Shown here one piece after another: positions 41,438 to 52,046 of a DNA stretch of 64,000 nucleotides. The position numbers were made by a program, and so were the translations under genes. The notes under the pieces are model-generated. The model did not search any database and was not told the origin of the DNA. It saw nothing but the letters and a program-made list of their open reading frames with translations. How positions within the stretch are numbered: the first letter of the stretch is position 1; each line of letters begins with the position of its first letter. Origin of the DNA: Gammaproteobacteria bacterium (GTDB lineage: Bacteria; Pseudomonadota; Gammaproteobacteria; Methylococcales; Methylomonadaceae); the NCBI GenBank assembly GCA_024277935.1, contig JAJRUF010000190.1, forward strand, positions 495 to 64,494, given 5' to 3'.

Positions 41438-43831
41438 TTAGTTTTTAGTTAAGCCTTCTAATTTAGTTTTCGCAACCTCTACACCATTAAATGTTGCACC
41501 ACCCTCAATGGCCTTTTCTAACTCTAGTTTGGCTTCTTCAACCCGACCTTTATCAAGATAAACCATTCCCAAATGATAATGCATTTCCGGCACAACACCT
41601 TTCTGTTTAATCACTGATTCTAAAGCAGCCAGTGCTATATCAGCATGACCTTTCTTATAATTAACCCAGCCATAAGTATCCAAGAAAGCAGCATATTTAG
41701 AATCTTTTAACGGTTCAATTAAACTATATGCCTCATCAACTCCCTTATCAGCAGGTTTTTCTATTAATAGAGAAGCTAGGTTATTAACAGCTAACAAATT
41801 ATCAGGAACAAGCAGTAATAATTTTCTATATGCATCAATAGCCTTGTCAATGTCGCCTTTAACTGTATTTAAAATCCCCTCCTGCATTAGAAAATACTTA
41901 CTGTCAGGGATTTGTTTTAAACCTTGCTGAAAGACATCAATTACTTTATTTATCTGTTTTTGAATAATATAAATTGAAGCTAAATTTTTATATCCCACTT
42001 CTACCTTTGGCTTTAATTCTATGACCTTTTTAAACAGAGTCTCAGCTTTAGACAGCTGTTTCATTTGCCTATATAACTCTGCTCGCATAGTCAGTATAGT
42101 TGGGTTGTCTTTGTTCTCAGATAATAGTCCATCTAATAAATTTTCCGCCTTTTTTTCCTGCTTTGAAGCGACATAACTATTAACTAAACCCGCAATCGCA
42201 TCTACTGCTTTTGGTTTAGTCTCCCGTACTTTTTCAAATTCAACAATGGCCTGCTTAAATTTTTGTTGTGCCATATATAGTTGGGCTAATTTATAATGGG
42301 CTATTTCCTTATTCTCAGACTGTTGCAAAAGTTCTTTTGCAATTGTTTCAGCTTTATCCCACTTTTTTTGTTTGCCATACAAATCAATTAACATAAGCGA
42401 AACTTGCTGATCTTTCTTTAATATAGGTCGAGATTTTTCCAGTAACTCAATCGCCCCCACTTCATCTTTTGTTTGCAGTTTTACCCTAGCCAGATCTTTT
42501 GTTGCAACCGCATTTTTTGGATTAATACTCACTATTTTTTCTAATGTTTCTTTTGCCAGCTCTATATTTTTATCTTGTAGCTGAGTTACCGCCTGAATCA
42601 TTAATGCTTTTTCAGATTCAGGGTTATCTCTTAAAATTGTGCGTGCATCCGCAAGAGCTGCATCAAATTTTTTATCCTTTAATAACATTCCAGCTCTAAG
42701 TAATAGAGCTTTTTCGTTTCTAGAATCTAGCTCCAAAATTTCTTCGACTAATGCCCTTGCTTTATCAGGCTTGCCTTTTGCGTTAAAATACCCTGCCAGC
42801 CTATTTCGAGCATCAATGCCTGCCGCACCTAATTTATCGTCTTCTACAATTGCCTCAAGAATTTTCTGACTTTTCTCAGGCTGGCCTTTATATAAGGCAA
42901 GTTTGGCAAACCTAAAACCAAAGTTATCTGGGTTCTTAGCAATTAAACTATCTAATTCTTTTTCAGCCAGCTCCACTCCACGTTGACGTGTTAAAAAATC
43001 AATTAAAACAAATTTTGGCTTATCTTCTTCAGGCAACTGTGTAACCAGTTTCTTCAGCACACCTTCAGCCAAATCAATTTTATCTCTTGCTATATAAAGC
43101 TTCGCTAAATTGTAATAAAGCCCTTCATTTTCAGGAAACCTTGGCAATAAAGAGACATACAAGGCTTCTGCTTCATCTTTCTTACCTTCAAACAACAAAA
43201 AATTAATCTTGACTAATTCTAATTGCAATTTATCTGGATGAGCTTTTAAAGCACTCTCTAAAACCTGTTTTGCCTCAGTAATATTTTTTTCATCACCCAA
43301 TATTTTTATCATCAATAAAGAGGAATCATAATGTCCTGGCTCAGCAATTAACGCCTGATTTAACAGCTCTTTTGCAGCATCAATATCCTTATTTGCCAAA
43401 GCAATAGTCGCTTTTAATGCTAAGCCATCAGCATTATTAGGCTGACTAGCCAAAACCAGTTCAGCTTTTTCAGATGCCTTAGTTATATCTTTACTAAATA
43501 ACATTAACTTACCCAGCTTTATCTGAGCATCATAATGATCAGGCTTAGCCTCAACAACTGCCAGCAAATTACCATACATTTTGCGCCAATCCTGATTTTT
43601 TTCGGCAGCTAAAGCAGTTAAGTAACGAGCATCTATATTTTTTGGATTAATTTGCAAGACATTCTTAAGTTCAACTCGCATCTTGTCATAGTTACCCTCT
43701 TCATAATATCCTTGGGCTTTTTTTAGATATTTTGCCTCTCGTTCGGCGGCACCATCACAGCCAAGTAAAAAAACAAAACTAATTAACAAATAGAATGCTA
43801 ACGATTTATTACCTAACATTTTCTTCCTCAT
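41438..43831 (-). CDS. prsT: PEP-CTERM system TPR-repeat lipoprotein (PrsT-like)
   Basis: 797 aa. Lipobox FLLGCDG followed by TPR repeats throughout. It lies two genes from the exosortase. Confidence 0.7.
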   Translation of the reverse strand: MRKKMLGNKSLAFYLLISFVFLLGCDGAAEREAKYLKKAQGYYEEGNYDKMRVELKNVLQINPKNIDARYLTALAAEKNQDWRKMYGNLLAVVEAKPDHYDAQIKLGKLMLFSKDITKASEKAELVLASQPNNADGLALKATIALANKDIDAAKELLNQALIAEPGHYDSSLLMIKILGDEKNITEAKQVLESALKAHPDKLQLELVKINFLLFEGKKDEAEALYVSLLPRFPENEGLYYNLAKLYIARDKIDLAEGVLKKLVTQLPEEDKPKFVLIDFLTRQRGVELAEKELDSLIAKNPDNFGFRFAKLALYKGQPEKSQKILEAIVEDDKLGAAGIDARNRLAGYFNAKGKPDKARALVEEILELDSRNEKALLLRAGMLLKDKKFDAALADARTILRDNPESEKALMIQAVTQLQDKNIELAKETLEKIVSINPKNAVATKDLARVKLQTKDEVGAIELLEKSRPILKKDQQVSLMLIDLYGKQKKWDKAETIAKELLQQSENKEIAHYKLAQLYMAQQKFKQAIVEFEKVRETKPKAVDAIAGLVNSYVASKQEKKAENLLDGLLSENKDNPTILTMRAELYRQMKQLSKAETLFKKVIELKPKVEVGYKNLASIYIIQKQINKVIDVFQQGLKQIPDSKYFLMQEGILNTVKGDIDKAIDAYRKLLLLVPDNLLAVNNLASLLIEKPADKGVDEAYSLIEPLKDSKYAAFLDTYGWVNYKKGHADIALAALESVIKQKGVVPEMHYHLGMVYLDKGRVEEAKLELEKAIEGGATFNGVEVAKTKLEGLTKN

Positions 43832-43893
43832 TTATACGATTTCCTAAACTATTAATTTTGATTGTTTACTACTATTTAAAACCTATTGATTAT

Positions 43894-45507
43894 TTATAAA
43901 TAGGTAGATAAAACAATGGTTACAATAACCACCCCAGACAACATAGAAGAATACCGAGTTAAACCAAATTTAGAATAATCTTGGTGTAATAAATATTCTA
44001 ATGCATAAACCAAACAAAATAATCTAAAAGCAACATGCTCAACCCACTCTATATCAGCCAGAAAGAATCCAGCCATTATAAATAACAGGACTAAAACATC
44101 TTGTGTCGTCACCCTAAACTTATCTTTTCGGGTAATTCGAATAGCAACCGATACCACGATAATGAGTAACAACAAAAAAGCATTCATTACCCATTGGTTA
44201 TAAGCACTTAACTCAGGTAATTCATTACTCATTACATTTGCCACTATTGCAGCAATATAAATGCTAAATCGAATCCAGATATCCTGATTTTTTTTGCTAG
44301 AAATAAAAAATAAAATAATGGCTAAAGCCATCCCTAAATACATTTTATAGGAAAGCTGCGCAATTTTATCTGCCAAATAAAATAATTGTATGACTAAAAA
44401 AGTTGTTATTGCATAATTAATATAATATCGGCAAAACTGAAACACCCAATCATTTCTGAGTAGATGGTTTCTTCGGCGGTCACCACCCTCAATAACATGA
44501 TGTAATGTCCACTTTGTTTTCCCAGCCCAATAAAATAGCAATAAAATAGTCGCTGAAATAATTAAATAGGTCCCGATAACAACAATGTCGGATGCATAAC
44601 GAAAACGCAGTGCCGATGCTAAAAAAACACCTTGTAATAAATAAATGCTTCCTACAGCTTCTGCATGTGAAAACCCATACTCCATCAAGCGATGATGAAT
44701 ATGAGTCTTATCGGGAGAAAAGGGCGACCTTCCAGCTCGAACCCTACGCACCATAACCGTTAATGTATCTAAAATAGGTAGCCCTAACAATAAAAGTGGA
44801 AGTGCAGGGTTTAAAGCTGGGTTTACATCCTGGGTCAAATAAATACAAAGAAAGACAGCCATAAAACCAATAAACTGGCTTCCGGCATCACCCATAAAAA
44901 TAATAGCTGGATGCGTATTAAACCATAAAAACCCAACGATTCCACCTGCTACAGCTAGAGCAACCACGGCAGTATCAAACCCATTTGCATCAACGGCTAA
45001 ATATGCAATTGCTGCAAATGTTAGTAACATTATTCCGGCCGCTAGCCCATCCAAACCATCAGATAAATTAACGGCATTTGTTACGCCAATAGCAAAAATA
45101 ACCGTTAAGGGCAGGGAAATAAATAAAAAAACAGGCTCTAATCCTAAAAAAGGGACAATACTTATATATATCCCCCCAAACATCGCCACAATTACCGCCA
45201 ACAACTGACCTAAAAACTTCCATTTATAACTTAATTCAAAACGGTCATCCAGCAAGCCAAATACAATAATAAGCAAACTAGCCCCCAGAAAACTGACTAA
45301 TTTTTCTTCAAAATCAATAAAACACAAAGTTGCAATAATCGCACCTAATGCCAAACCTAAGCCCCCACACCTAGGAATTGCAATAGTATGTATTTTTCGT
45401 TCTCCCGGCTGATCAAGCATATTTAAAAAATCAGCATGCTTCATAAATAACGGTATAAGAATAAGGCTGATAATAATTGAAAGTGCAAAGGAGAAAAATA
45501 AAATCAT
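43894..45507 (-). CDS. WecA/MraY-family polyprenyl-phosphate sugar-1-phosphate transferase with an extra C-terminal membrane domain
   Basis: 537 aa. NAVNLSDGLDGLA and DKTHIHHRL motifs in the first ~330 aa, then about 190 aa of additional TM segments. Confidence 0.8.
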   Translation of the reverse strand: MILFFSFALSIIISLILIPLFMKHADFLNMLDQPGERKIHTIAIPRCGGLGLALGAIIATLCFIDFEEKLVSFLGASLLIIVFGLLDDRFELSYKWKFLGQLLAVIVAMFGGIYISIVPFLGLEPVFLFISLPLTVIFAIGVTNAVNLSDGLDGLAAGIMLLTFAAIAYLAVDANGFDTAVVALAVAGGIVGFLWFNTHPAIIFMGDAGSQFIGFMAVFLCIYLTQDVNPALNPALPLLLLGLPILDTLTVMVRRVRAGRSPFSPDKTHIHHRLMEYGFSHAEAVGSIYLLQGVFLASALRFRYASDIVVIGTYLIISATILLLFYWAGKTKWTLHHVIEGGDRRRNHLLRNDWVFQFCRYYINYAITTFLVIQLFYLADKIAQLSYKMYLGMALAIILFFISSKKNQDIWIRFSIYIAAIVANVMSNELPELSAYNQWVMNAFLLLLIIVVSVAIRITRKDKFRVTTQDVLVLLFIMAGFFLADIEWVEHVAFRLFCLVYALEYLLHQDYSKFGLTRYSSMLSGVVIVTIVLSTYL

Positions 45508-45593
45508 TAGTGTCTATATTTCACTTAAGGGCAATTTAATAATTTTATACATAAAAACTTGCTGCTGATTAGCTGGTAACAATAAAAAGTGCT

Positions 45594-45792
45594 GTAGAGC
45601 GGACTTCAGTCCGCTTCATTTATCAGCAATAAATAGCTAACAATATTTATTCTAACATTTTGAAGTGAGGCTTTAGCCTCGTACGAACTAGGCGAGGCAA
45701 AAGCCTCACTTCCAAAGTTTATTGATTCCAAATGTTAAAATAATTTTGCTCCCCTACTTACGTCTTTAAGGCGGACTAAAGTCCGCCCTACA
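45594..45792. repeat. Cluster of short GC-rich hairpins, bounded by TGTAGAGCGGAC...GTCCGCCCTACA
   Basis: GAGCGGACTTCAGTCCGCT (45598-), GAAGTGAGGCTTTAGCCTC...GAGGCAAAAGCCTCACTTC (45662-45712) and GGCGGACTAAAGTCCGCC (45770-). This is the same hairpin style as at 52319 and 61435. Confidence 0.55.
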
Positions 45793-45848
45793 ATAATCTA
45801 AGTGATGTAACTAAACTGGAATAATAACAGAAAAATTAAAATGTATTA

Positions 45849-47438
45849 TTAACTCGGTACATATTTTCCCAACTCAGGAAAAACAACTGTTAAAAAATCG
45901 GCCATTTTCTTATCAGCTTCTGCTTCATTACTTCCTTCAGGTAAAGAGACAACCAAACGAACCAGTGCTCCATCGGTACGGTGCCGCGTCAATGCATCCC
46001 AAAATAAATACAGTTTTACCATATATTCATTGGTAATAATGCGACCTCTTTGTTGAAACCAATAATAAACCAACTGCCTATTATTACCTTTACTAATTAC
46101 AGTCCTGTTAACAACCAGTGGCACGCCCTTTGTTGTAACAAGGTTCTTTATTTTGCGTTGCTCAAATTCACCAATTCTCCAGCCATCACCAGGCATACAA
46201 GACTTTGGCGAGTGAGCAGAGGCTCCCTTACGTTGAGAAGCATAGTATGCGACATAAAAATTTACCGGTAAGCTATCGCCAGGCCTTACATAATTACTAA
46301 TAATATAATCATTAAATTTTAATGCTTTTATAAATTTCTGCTCCATGCCCACTTCAGCACCTTTCCAGACACCTAATTGCAAAGGAAATGAGGTGAATTG
46401 TTGCCTGGCAGGTTCAAAATCTTCCCTTCCCCCCAATAAAATGGAAAGCGGTAGCATTATTAGTAACAAAGCACAGGCTGCTATATATGGCTTTGATAAG
46501 CCAAAAAAACCATTTGTATTTTTACCCGTAATAATCTTTTCTATTCTAGTTTCATTATGGAAATTTGCATCAACAACAAACACCTGAGAAAAGCTCTTTC
46601 CTGGCATAAAAAACCTAACGAACACCCACATTTCCACAAACAGCACGCCCAAACAACCTATAAAAATAATCCAGCCTTCAAAATCATGTAAAAAGCCTTC
46701 TGCTTGTCCAATCCCCCAATATTCAACCAATATACCAATAACACCAATACGAAAACTGTTCATCAAGACCGTAATAGGTAAGGTCGTTAAAAATATAGTG
46801 GCTCGCATCCAAAAAGGTGCTTTAAAAAAATAAGCACACAAAAAGCCAAAGCTACTTAAGGGAAATAAATAGCGTAAACCGCTACAAGCCTCAACAACTT
46901 GTAATTTATAGACCCCTAAATCAATGACATTGCCTTGCAAAAAAACGCTAATATCAAGCGCTCGTATTACCCAAACACCTAATTGCGATGAAATTAATTG
47001 CAACTGAGAAGAAAGGTTATTGTACAGAAAATTGGGCAATGGAATCATAAAAAACAAATAGGCTAAAGGAAACCACAAAACCCTTGACCCTTTTATACCG
47101 ACTGCTGCTAAAGCCAAGCCATATAAAATCAGTAAAAAGGCATATTGAGTAATGATATATAGTGACGCTAATTCCCCCATTAGCCCAACCATTAAACCTA
47201 TTACAATAACAGCAACTCCTAGCCAGCTTCCCTGTCCTAAATACTGACTGGCTACCGCCCTGTTACTCCAAAAAAACCAAAAGGAAATAACAGGGATTAA
47301 ATACCCATGACTATACTCCTCTCTTTCCCAGCTTTTCAGCATATAACTAAGCGCATCATTAAACATAAAGCCTAGCACTAATGCTACTAAACAAAAAGAT
47401 GCGTACAGTACGGTATTTTTTTTAATGGGTAAATTCAT
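45849..47438 (-). CDS. Exosortase (EpsH family) fused to a C-terminal EpsI domain
   Basis: 529 aa. An 8-TM N-terminal half with VVEACSGLRY (Cys), NSFRIG (Arg) and LHDFEGW (His). The C-terminal ~200 aa are EpsI-like (FPLQLGVWKG..., YVAYYASQRKGASAHSPKSC). Confidence 0.85.
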   Translation of the reverse strand: MNLPIKKNTVLYASFCLVALVLGFMFNDALSYMLKSWEREEYSHGYLIPVISFWFFWSNRAVASQYLGQGSWLGVAVIVIGLMVGLMGELASLYIITQYAFLLILYGLALAAVGIKGSRVLWFPLAYLFFMIPLPNFLYNNLSSQLQLISSQLGVWVIRALDISVFLQGNVIDLGVYKLQVVEACSGLRYLFPLSSFGFLCAYFFKAPFWMRATIFLTTLPITVLMNSFRIGVIGILVEYWGIGQAEGFLHDFEGWIIFIGCLGVLFVEMWVFVRFFMPGKSFSQVFVVDANFHNETRIEKIITGKNTNGFFGLSKPYIAACALLLIMLPLSILLGGREDFEPARQQFTSFPLQLGVWKGAEVGMEQKFIKALKFNDYIISNYVRPGDSLPVNFYVAYYASQRKGASAHSPKSCMPGDGWRIGEFEQRKIKNLVTTKGVPLVVNRTVISKGNNRQLVYYWFQQRGRIITNEYMVKLYLFWDALTRHRTDGALVRLVVSLPEGSNEAEADKKMADFLTVVFPELGKYVPS

Positions 47439-47627
47439 ATTTTAAGGCACTAATAAAATTTATCTATTCCAAAGTAATATATTATTGAATTATATGCCTA
47501 TTAATAAATTATAGGTCAATATAAATAAAAGCGGAGATTTTAATCAAGGACAATTCCTCACTATAACACTGAAATAAGTCAGTTAAATGACTTGGGGGCT
47601 GTCCGAGAATAGAGAACCTGTTAATTT

Positions 47628-47699
47628 TAAACCACAGAGTTTACGGGTGTTACAATTTTTCTCGTCAAACCCTTGTTCTCACTAACTTTATGGTTATTT
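47628..47699. repeat. Palindromic repeat, same family as 28721-28778
   Basis: AAACCACAGAGTT ... AACTTTATGGTT imperfect inverted termini. It shares the exact 15-mer CTTTATGGTTATTTT with 28764-28778, and ACCACAGAG recurs at 25736. Confidence 0.5.
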
Positions 47700-47743
47700 T
47701 AAAATTTGTTTTTCTTAAACTCATTTTACTCAGCCCTCTGTCT

Positions 47744-50376
47744 TTAGAAAGCATAACCCCAGCGAACTAATAAAGTTCCATCACGTTTTAACTGATAACC
47801 ATTAAGGTCATGAATAACTGGCTGCAACCATTCAACACTTAAGCTATGGCCAGCCAGTTCACCGCTCGGAACGGTAAGAGTAGCACCTAAACCAATATCC
47901 CAAAATTTTCCACCATAATTTTTAGGATTTATATTTGTCGTTAACTGGGGAGTATCACCCTGCTTATTTGGATCAACAATATGTAGCATTCTTTTAGCCT
48001 GCCCCTGAATACTGCCTTTATTTCGGTATTGATTTCGCACGGTGAACGACAACCAATCTAAAGGACGATAACCAAGCCATACAGACCCTTTAAACTCATC
48101 ACCTAAAGCATACCCCAATTTGTTATGATTCTGCATCCTTTTAGTACCACTTAACTGCCCTCCCCAAAACCACTGATCAACATGACCAGTATAGGTCAAA
48201 CTAGGCTTTAAATCCCAGGTTCCACTCCCCAACTGCATACCATAGCTTTGAACCAAACTAGTATCATTTAAAAAACCATCAAATGTCACGTCAATTCTTG
48301 CCGTTGGGGCACTAACTCCGATCCCTAAATGTACATGATGCTGACCATTATCATATAGTTTAATCAAGCCTGACAAAATAGTATCGCCTAAACCGATATT
48401 TTCATGAAAACCAGGAGGTGTTGAAAAGGGAACCGAAGCCATATCCATTTTCATATAGGCAAATTGAGGCATTAGCATTAAATTTAACCAGCCTGTTGGT
48501 GCATACATAAAATTAAGCATATGCATATCCATCCGCATTTCCGTCGCTTTAAATTCACAAATACCACCAGCACCACGACAAGCTTGATTGACCAACTCCT
48601 GATCACCAATGCCAGTACGTCTACCCTGTTGAAAGCCCTCCGCCCAGTTAGAGTTTGCATAATTATAAGAGATCATAAATTGACCGGCTTCACTAAGCAT
48701 ATGTCCATTCATAAGACCAGCAGGTGCATGTCCTCCATGGTGATGATGTTTATGTGACTTATGCTGATCAGCTAGCCCTCGACCCAGACTGGATAAATTA
48801 ATATTTAAGCCTGCAGATAATAGATACGAATCAATATCGGCAAAACCAGAATCCCCTTTTCCACCCAGTTGCAATGAACTCCGCTGAGTCATATATTCAA
48901 AGCCACCCGACAGCGTTACACCTTTGGCAAACTGTTTACTCAGCGTCAAACCACCACTCACTTTACCAAAACCTGATAATCTATAATCACTGGAATAATA
49001 GCCATCTGCACGCGGTGCCAGAAAATATGGCGCATAAAACTCTGCTGCCGTTTGTGAATAATAACGCAGATGAGGTTTAAGCATAAAACCAAAAGGTAAT
49101 TTTTGATACCAAGACAGAGCCAGTGTATGTGAACGAAGTTGCCAATCATCCCATTGATAGCGATAATTTAAATGCAAAGCCCCGTCTAATGCAGAAACAT
49201 ACTGATTAACCCCTGCCGATATTGACCATTGATCGCGTTTATCAGGCCTGACTTCCCGATATAAATCAATACCCATCGGTACCAGATCAACCCCTGTATA
49301 ATATTTCCAGCCTTTATTCGAGTTATCCAACGGCGTTTTCAAGCCCACTAATAGATAATCTACTGCTGTTAACACCCCTTTAACATACACCAGTTTATAC
49401 GGATTAGAGAGAAAACCTCGCTTTCGGGTATATTCGCCATTAAAATAAGCCAACGTGTTTTTGCTAAACACCTGACTAAAAGCAATACTATAAGTACGGT
49501 AAGTATTATCAGCATTAAAATCATCCGAAGTACCACCATGGTCATGCGCCCCTCCTGTTGGGGGAGCCGCCCTAAAAATATGGTTATTAGAAAATTTATA
49601 TCCAAAAGTTAAAGTCGACAACTTATTATTAAATTCAAAGCTGTTGTAAATTGAGCCAAAAGTTGAAGAATAATCAGGTTCAATTGAATAACCTCCTGAT
49701 GCTGACAATGTATAGGACCCCAAAAATAACTTGCCTCCTAATACTGGCATATTTCGTGTTTCTAGTGGGTGGGGTTCAATAATCTGTGTAGTGGTATGAT
49801 CAGTACCTGACTGCTGTTTACTAAGGTAGCGCCTAAATATCTCTGTTTGAAACCTCAAAAAAAATCATTTGGGTTAATTGGAGGACTTGAGTGGTCTGAA
49901 TTTATTTGCTGTATCAAGTTAGAAGGTAATAAAGGTAAAGAGCCAATATTTATTCCTGCCTGAAGAGATTGGTCTTGAAAGGCAACATTAACAAGACCAA
50001 AAATTTTTCCAAAAGCTGGGCCTCCGGCATTCTCAAAACCCGATGCTTTAGTCACAATATCTATACTATTAGCGGGAACAACATAACTCGGCGAAGCCCC
50101 CGTATAAGTATCCTGGTCATGGGAAAATGACAACTGTAACCAGTCTGTTACAGGCGCAACAAAGCCGCCATGATAAACCTGAACCTTCATCCGCTTACCT
50201 TCTTCGCTATAATAGCCAAATTGAGTATTTAGCTGAGGTTCGGCCACGGGAATGTCCGCTTGCACATCCAAACTCGACAAACTTAAAGCCGCACTTGTCA
50301 GTGCCAATAGAGTGTTTTTTCCAGATTGTTTAAATCCTCTTTTTTTTCTTTTAGTTACATCCACACCCACCCCCAC
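47744..50376 (-). CDS. DUF3570-like outer-membrane barrel fused through a His-rich linker to a second (MetA/phenol-degradation-type) barrel. It is interrupted by a frameshift in the A8 run at 49857-49864.
   Basis: The 173-aa ORF (GTG start, signal peptide ...SLDVQA) and the 704-aa ORF overlap by 4 nt. One extra base in the homopolymer fuses them into about 877 aa. The linker is HKSHKHHHHGGHAPAGLMNGHM. The C-terminus is ...LLVRWGYAF. Confidence 0.7.
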
Positions 50377-50557
50377 TTCCCATCATTCCACCGGATGAAG
50401 CTTCCTTACTGTCAAATACATGTTCCATCAAAGCAGCTTGTTGAGGGTTGGGGGTAATCGACATTTCCTGTTTTGCTAAATGACCTCGCTCCCATGGCGA
50501 TACCGTACAGGCAGACAGTACAACTAACAAAAAAACACTGAAATAGAGAATTTTCAT
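50351..50557 (-). CDS. DUF4266-like small lipoprotein
   Basis: 68 aa. Lipobox VLSAC and C-terminus GSGGGCGCN. It lies immediately upstream of the DUF3570-like gene, as is usual for this family. Confidence 0.7.
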   Translation of the reverse strand: MKILYFSVFLLVVLSACTVSPWERGHLAKQEMSITPNPQQAALMEHVFDSKEASSGGMMGSGGGCGCN

Positions 50558-50591
50558 TATTGTTCGCTTAATAAAGTTTCTAACATCTGTT

Positions 50592-51050
50592 TTATATCTG
50601 CTTATCCTTATCCCGAAATCCTAAATGAATATTCCGTATTTTCCCCTGCTTATCAATAAAATATGAAGATGGCATTGCTTTAACTTGATATTTTTCCGGA
50701 CAGTCACCCACAGGATCCAACTCCACCTTATAATTAACCGGAATTTGTTGTAAAAAACGATAGACATCTTGCGTATCTTCATCAACATTAACCGCAATAA
50801 TCTCCAAACCTTGCACTCCCATTTCAGTTTGCAAAGCATTAAAAAAAGGGATAGATTTTTTGCAGGGTGGACACCATGTTGCCCAAAAATCAAGTAACAC
50901 TACTTTTCCACGGTAAATACTTAAATCCAATACTTGTTGTTCAGCAGACATTAATCGAGCATTACAAGCAGGTGCTAAATCACCAAGCTGAACCGCCTCT
51001 GCCTGACTTAACTGAAAAAACATTAGTACAATCCAATAACAAAATTTCAT
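50592..51050 (-). CDS. TlpA/ResA-like periplasmic thiol:disulfide oxidoreductase
   Basis: 152 aa with a signal peptide. LLDFWATWCPPCK active site. Confidence 0.85.
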   Translation of the reverse strand: MKFCYWIVLMFFQLSQAEAVQLGDLAPACNARLMSAEQQVLDLSIYRGKVVLLDFWATWCPPCKKSIPFFNALQTEMGVQGLEIIAVNVDEDTQDVYRFLQQIPVNYKVELDPVGDCPEKYQVKAMPSSYFIDKQGKIRNIHLGFRDKDKQI

Positions 51051-51087
51051 CTGATATAAATATTAATCAAGCAGTAAGCTGATAGAT

Positions 51088-51113
51088 AAAAAAAGGCCTA
51101 CATTGCGTAGGCC
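51088..51113 (-). terminator. Rho-independent terminator after the first PEP-CTERM gene
   Basis: Minus strand: GGCCTAC-gcaat-GTAGGCC followed by T7. Confidence 0.65.
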
Positions 51114-51135
51114 ACTTCCAAAAATTAATTAAGGA

Positions 51136-51972
51136 TTAAGCTAGTTCTGTTATTTTACGTTTTCTGCCAACACCTACTAAACCAATCATTGCTGAAGCAA
51201 ATAAATACGCTGCAGCAGGTACAGGTACGGCTGATACTGGTGCTGATATTTCTACATTATCAACCTGTAAACTTAAGGTATGGTTTGGATTTATTCCCCT
51301 AAAACTGTTTCCATTTGAATCATTATAAAAATATTCCAATAAGTACAAATCGCCAAATGCAGCAACGTCATCCAAATGAACATGTGTTCCTCTAAACACC
51401 TGCCCTGTAAGAGCATCAGTTCCTGTTTGAGTCGCTACTGCAGTTGAGCCATCCATAACGACGGGGTTTCCATTAACATCAGTAGATAGTGTTACATCAT
51501 ACGAATTAGCTAAGTCAGCACTGGTATAACCACGAATAGTCATACTATTAAATACTGAGTCTAATGTTAAAGTCTGTATATCAAGTCCATTAACACTGAA
51601 ATCATGCCCATCGGATAACCGGTAAAAGGCTCCACCTGAATCACCTGCTAATTCTGCAGTATAATTACCATCACCATTAGGATCCTGCCTATGAACATGG
51701 CTAAACCCACCAGAAAAATTTCCTACATTATGACTAAAACCCGGGGCAGTACCAAAACCAATAGCACCAAACCAGACGCCCTTTTCTGAATAATATTGCC
51801 CTCCTGCTGGAAAAACAGATGTCGCTAATCCTGCCGAGCTTGCCGAACTACCCAGAGAGACAGTAGATCCGCTTGAAAAATCAAGCACTGAACCACCCGG
51901 CAAAAGATGAGCTGATGCTTGACTTGATACTGCTAGCATTCCTGCTGCGATTAAAATCATTTTTGTTTTCAT
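51136..51972 (-). CDS. Secreted PEP-CTERM-type protein (P1), VPVPA variant anchor
   Basis: The probable start is MKTKMILIAAGMLAVSSQASA (M19 of the listed ORF, with an AGAGG RBS). The C-terminus is VPVPAAAYLFASAMIGLVGVGRKRK. Confidence 0.75.
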   Translation of the reverse strand: MKTKMILIAAGMLAVSSQASAHLLPGGSVLDFSSGSTVSLGSSASSAGLATSVFPAGGQYYSEKGVWFGAIGFGTAPGFSHNVGNFSGGFSHVHRQDPNGDGNYTAELAGDSGGAFYRLSDGHDFSVNGLDIQTLTLDSVFNSMTIRGYTSADLANSYDVTLSTDVNGNPVVMDGSTAVATQTGTDALTGQVFRGTHVHLDDVAAFGDLYLLEYFYNDSNGNSFRGINPNHTLSLQVDNVEISAPVSAVPVPAAAYLFASAMIGLVGVGRKRKITELA

Positions 51973-52030
51973 AAAAAAACCTCTATAGTGATAAAAAATT
52001 ACTAAATTGCATGCCCCCCGCATCACTTAA

Positions 52031-52046
52031 AGCATATTACATGCCA
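52031..52046 (-). promoter_or_regulatory. Candidate sigma-54 (-24/-12) promoter for P1
   Basis: Minus strand TGGCATGTAATATGCT, with GG-N10-GC spacing, about 60 nt upstream of the M19 start. Confidence 0.55.
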
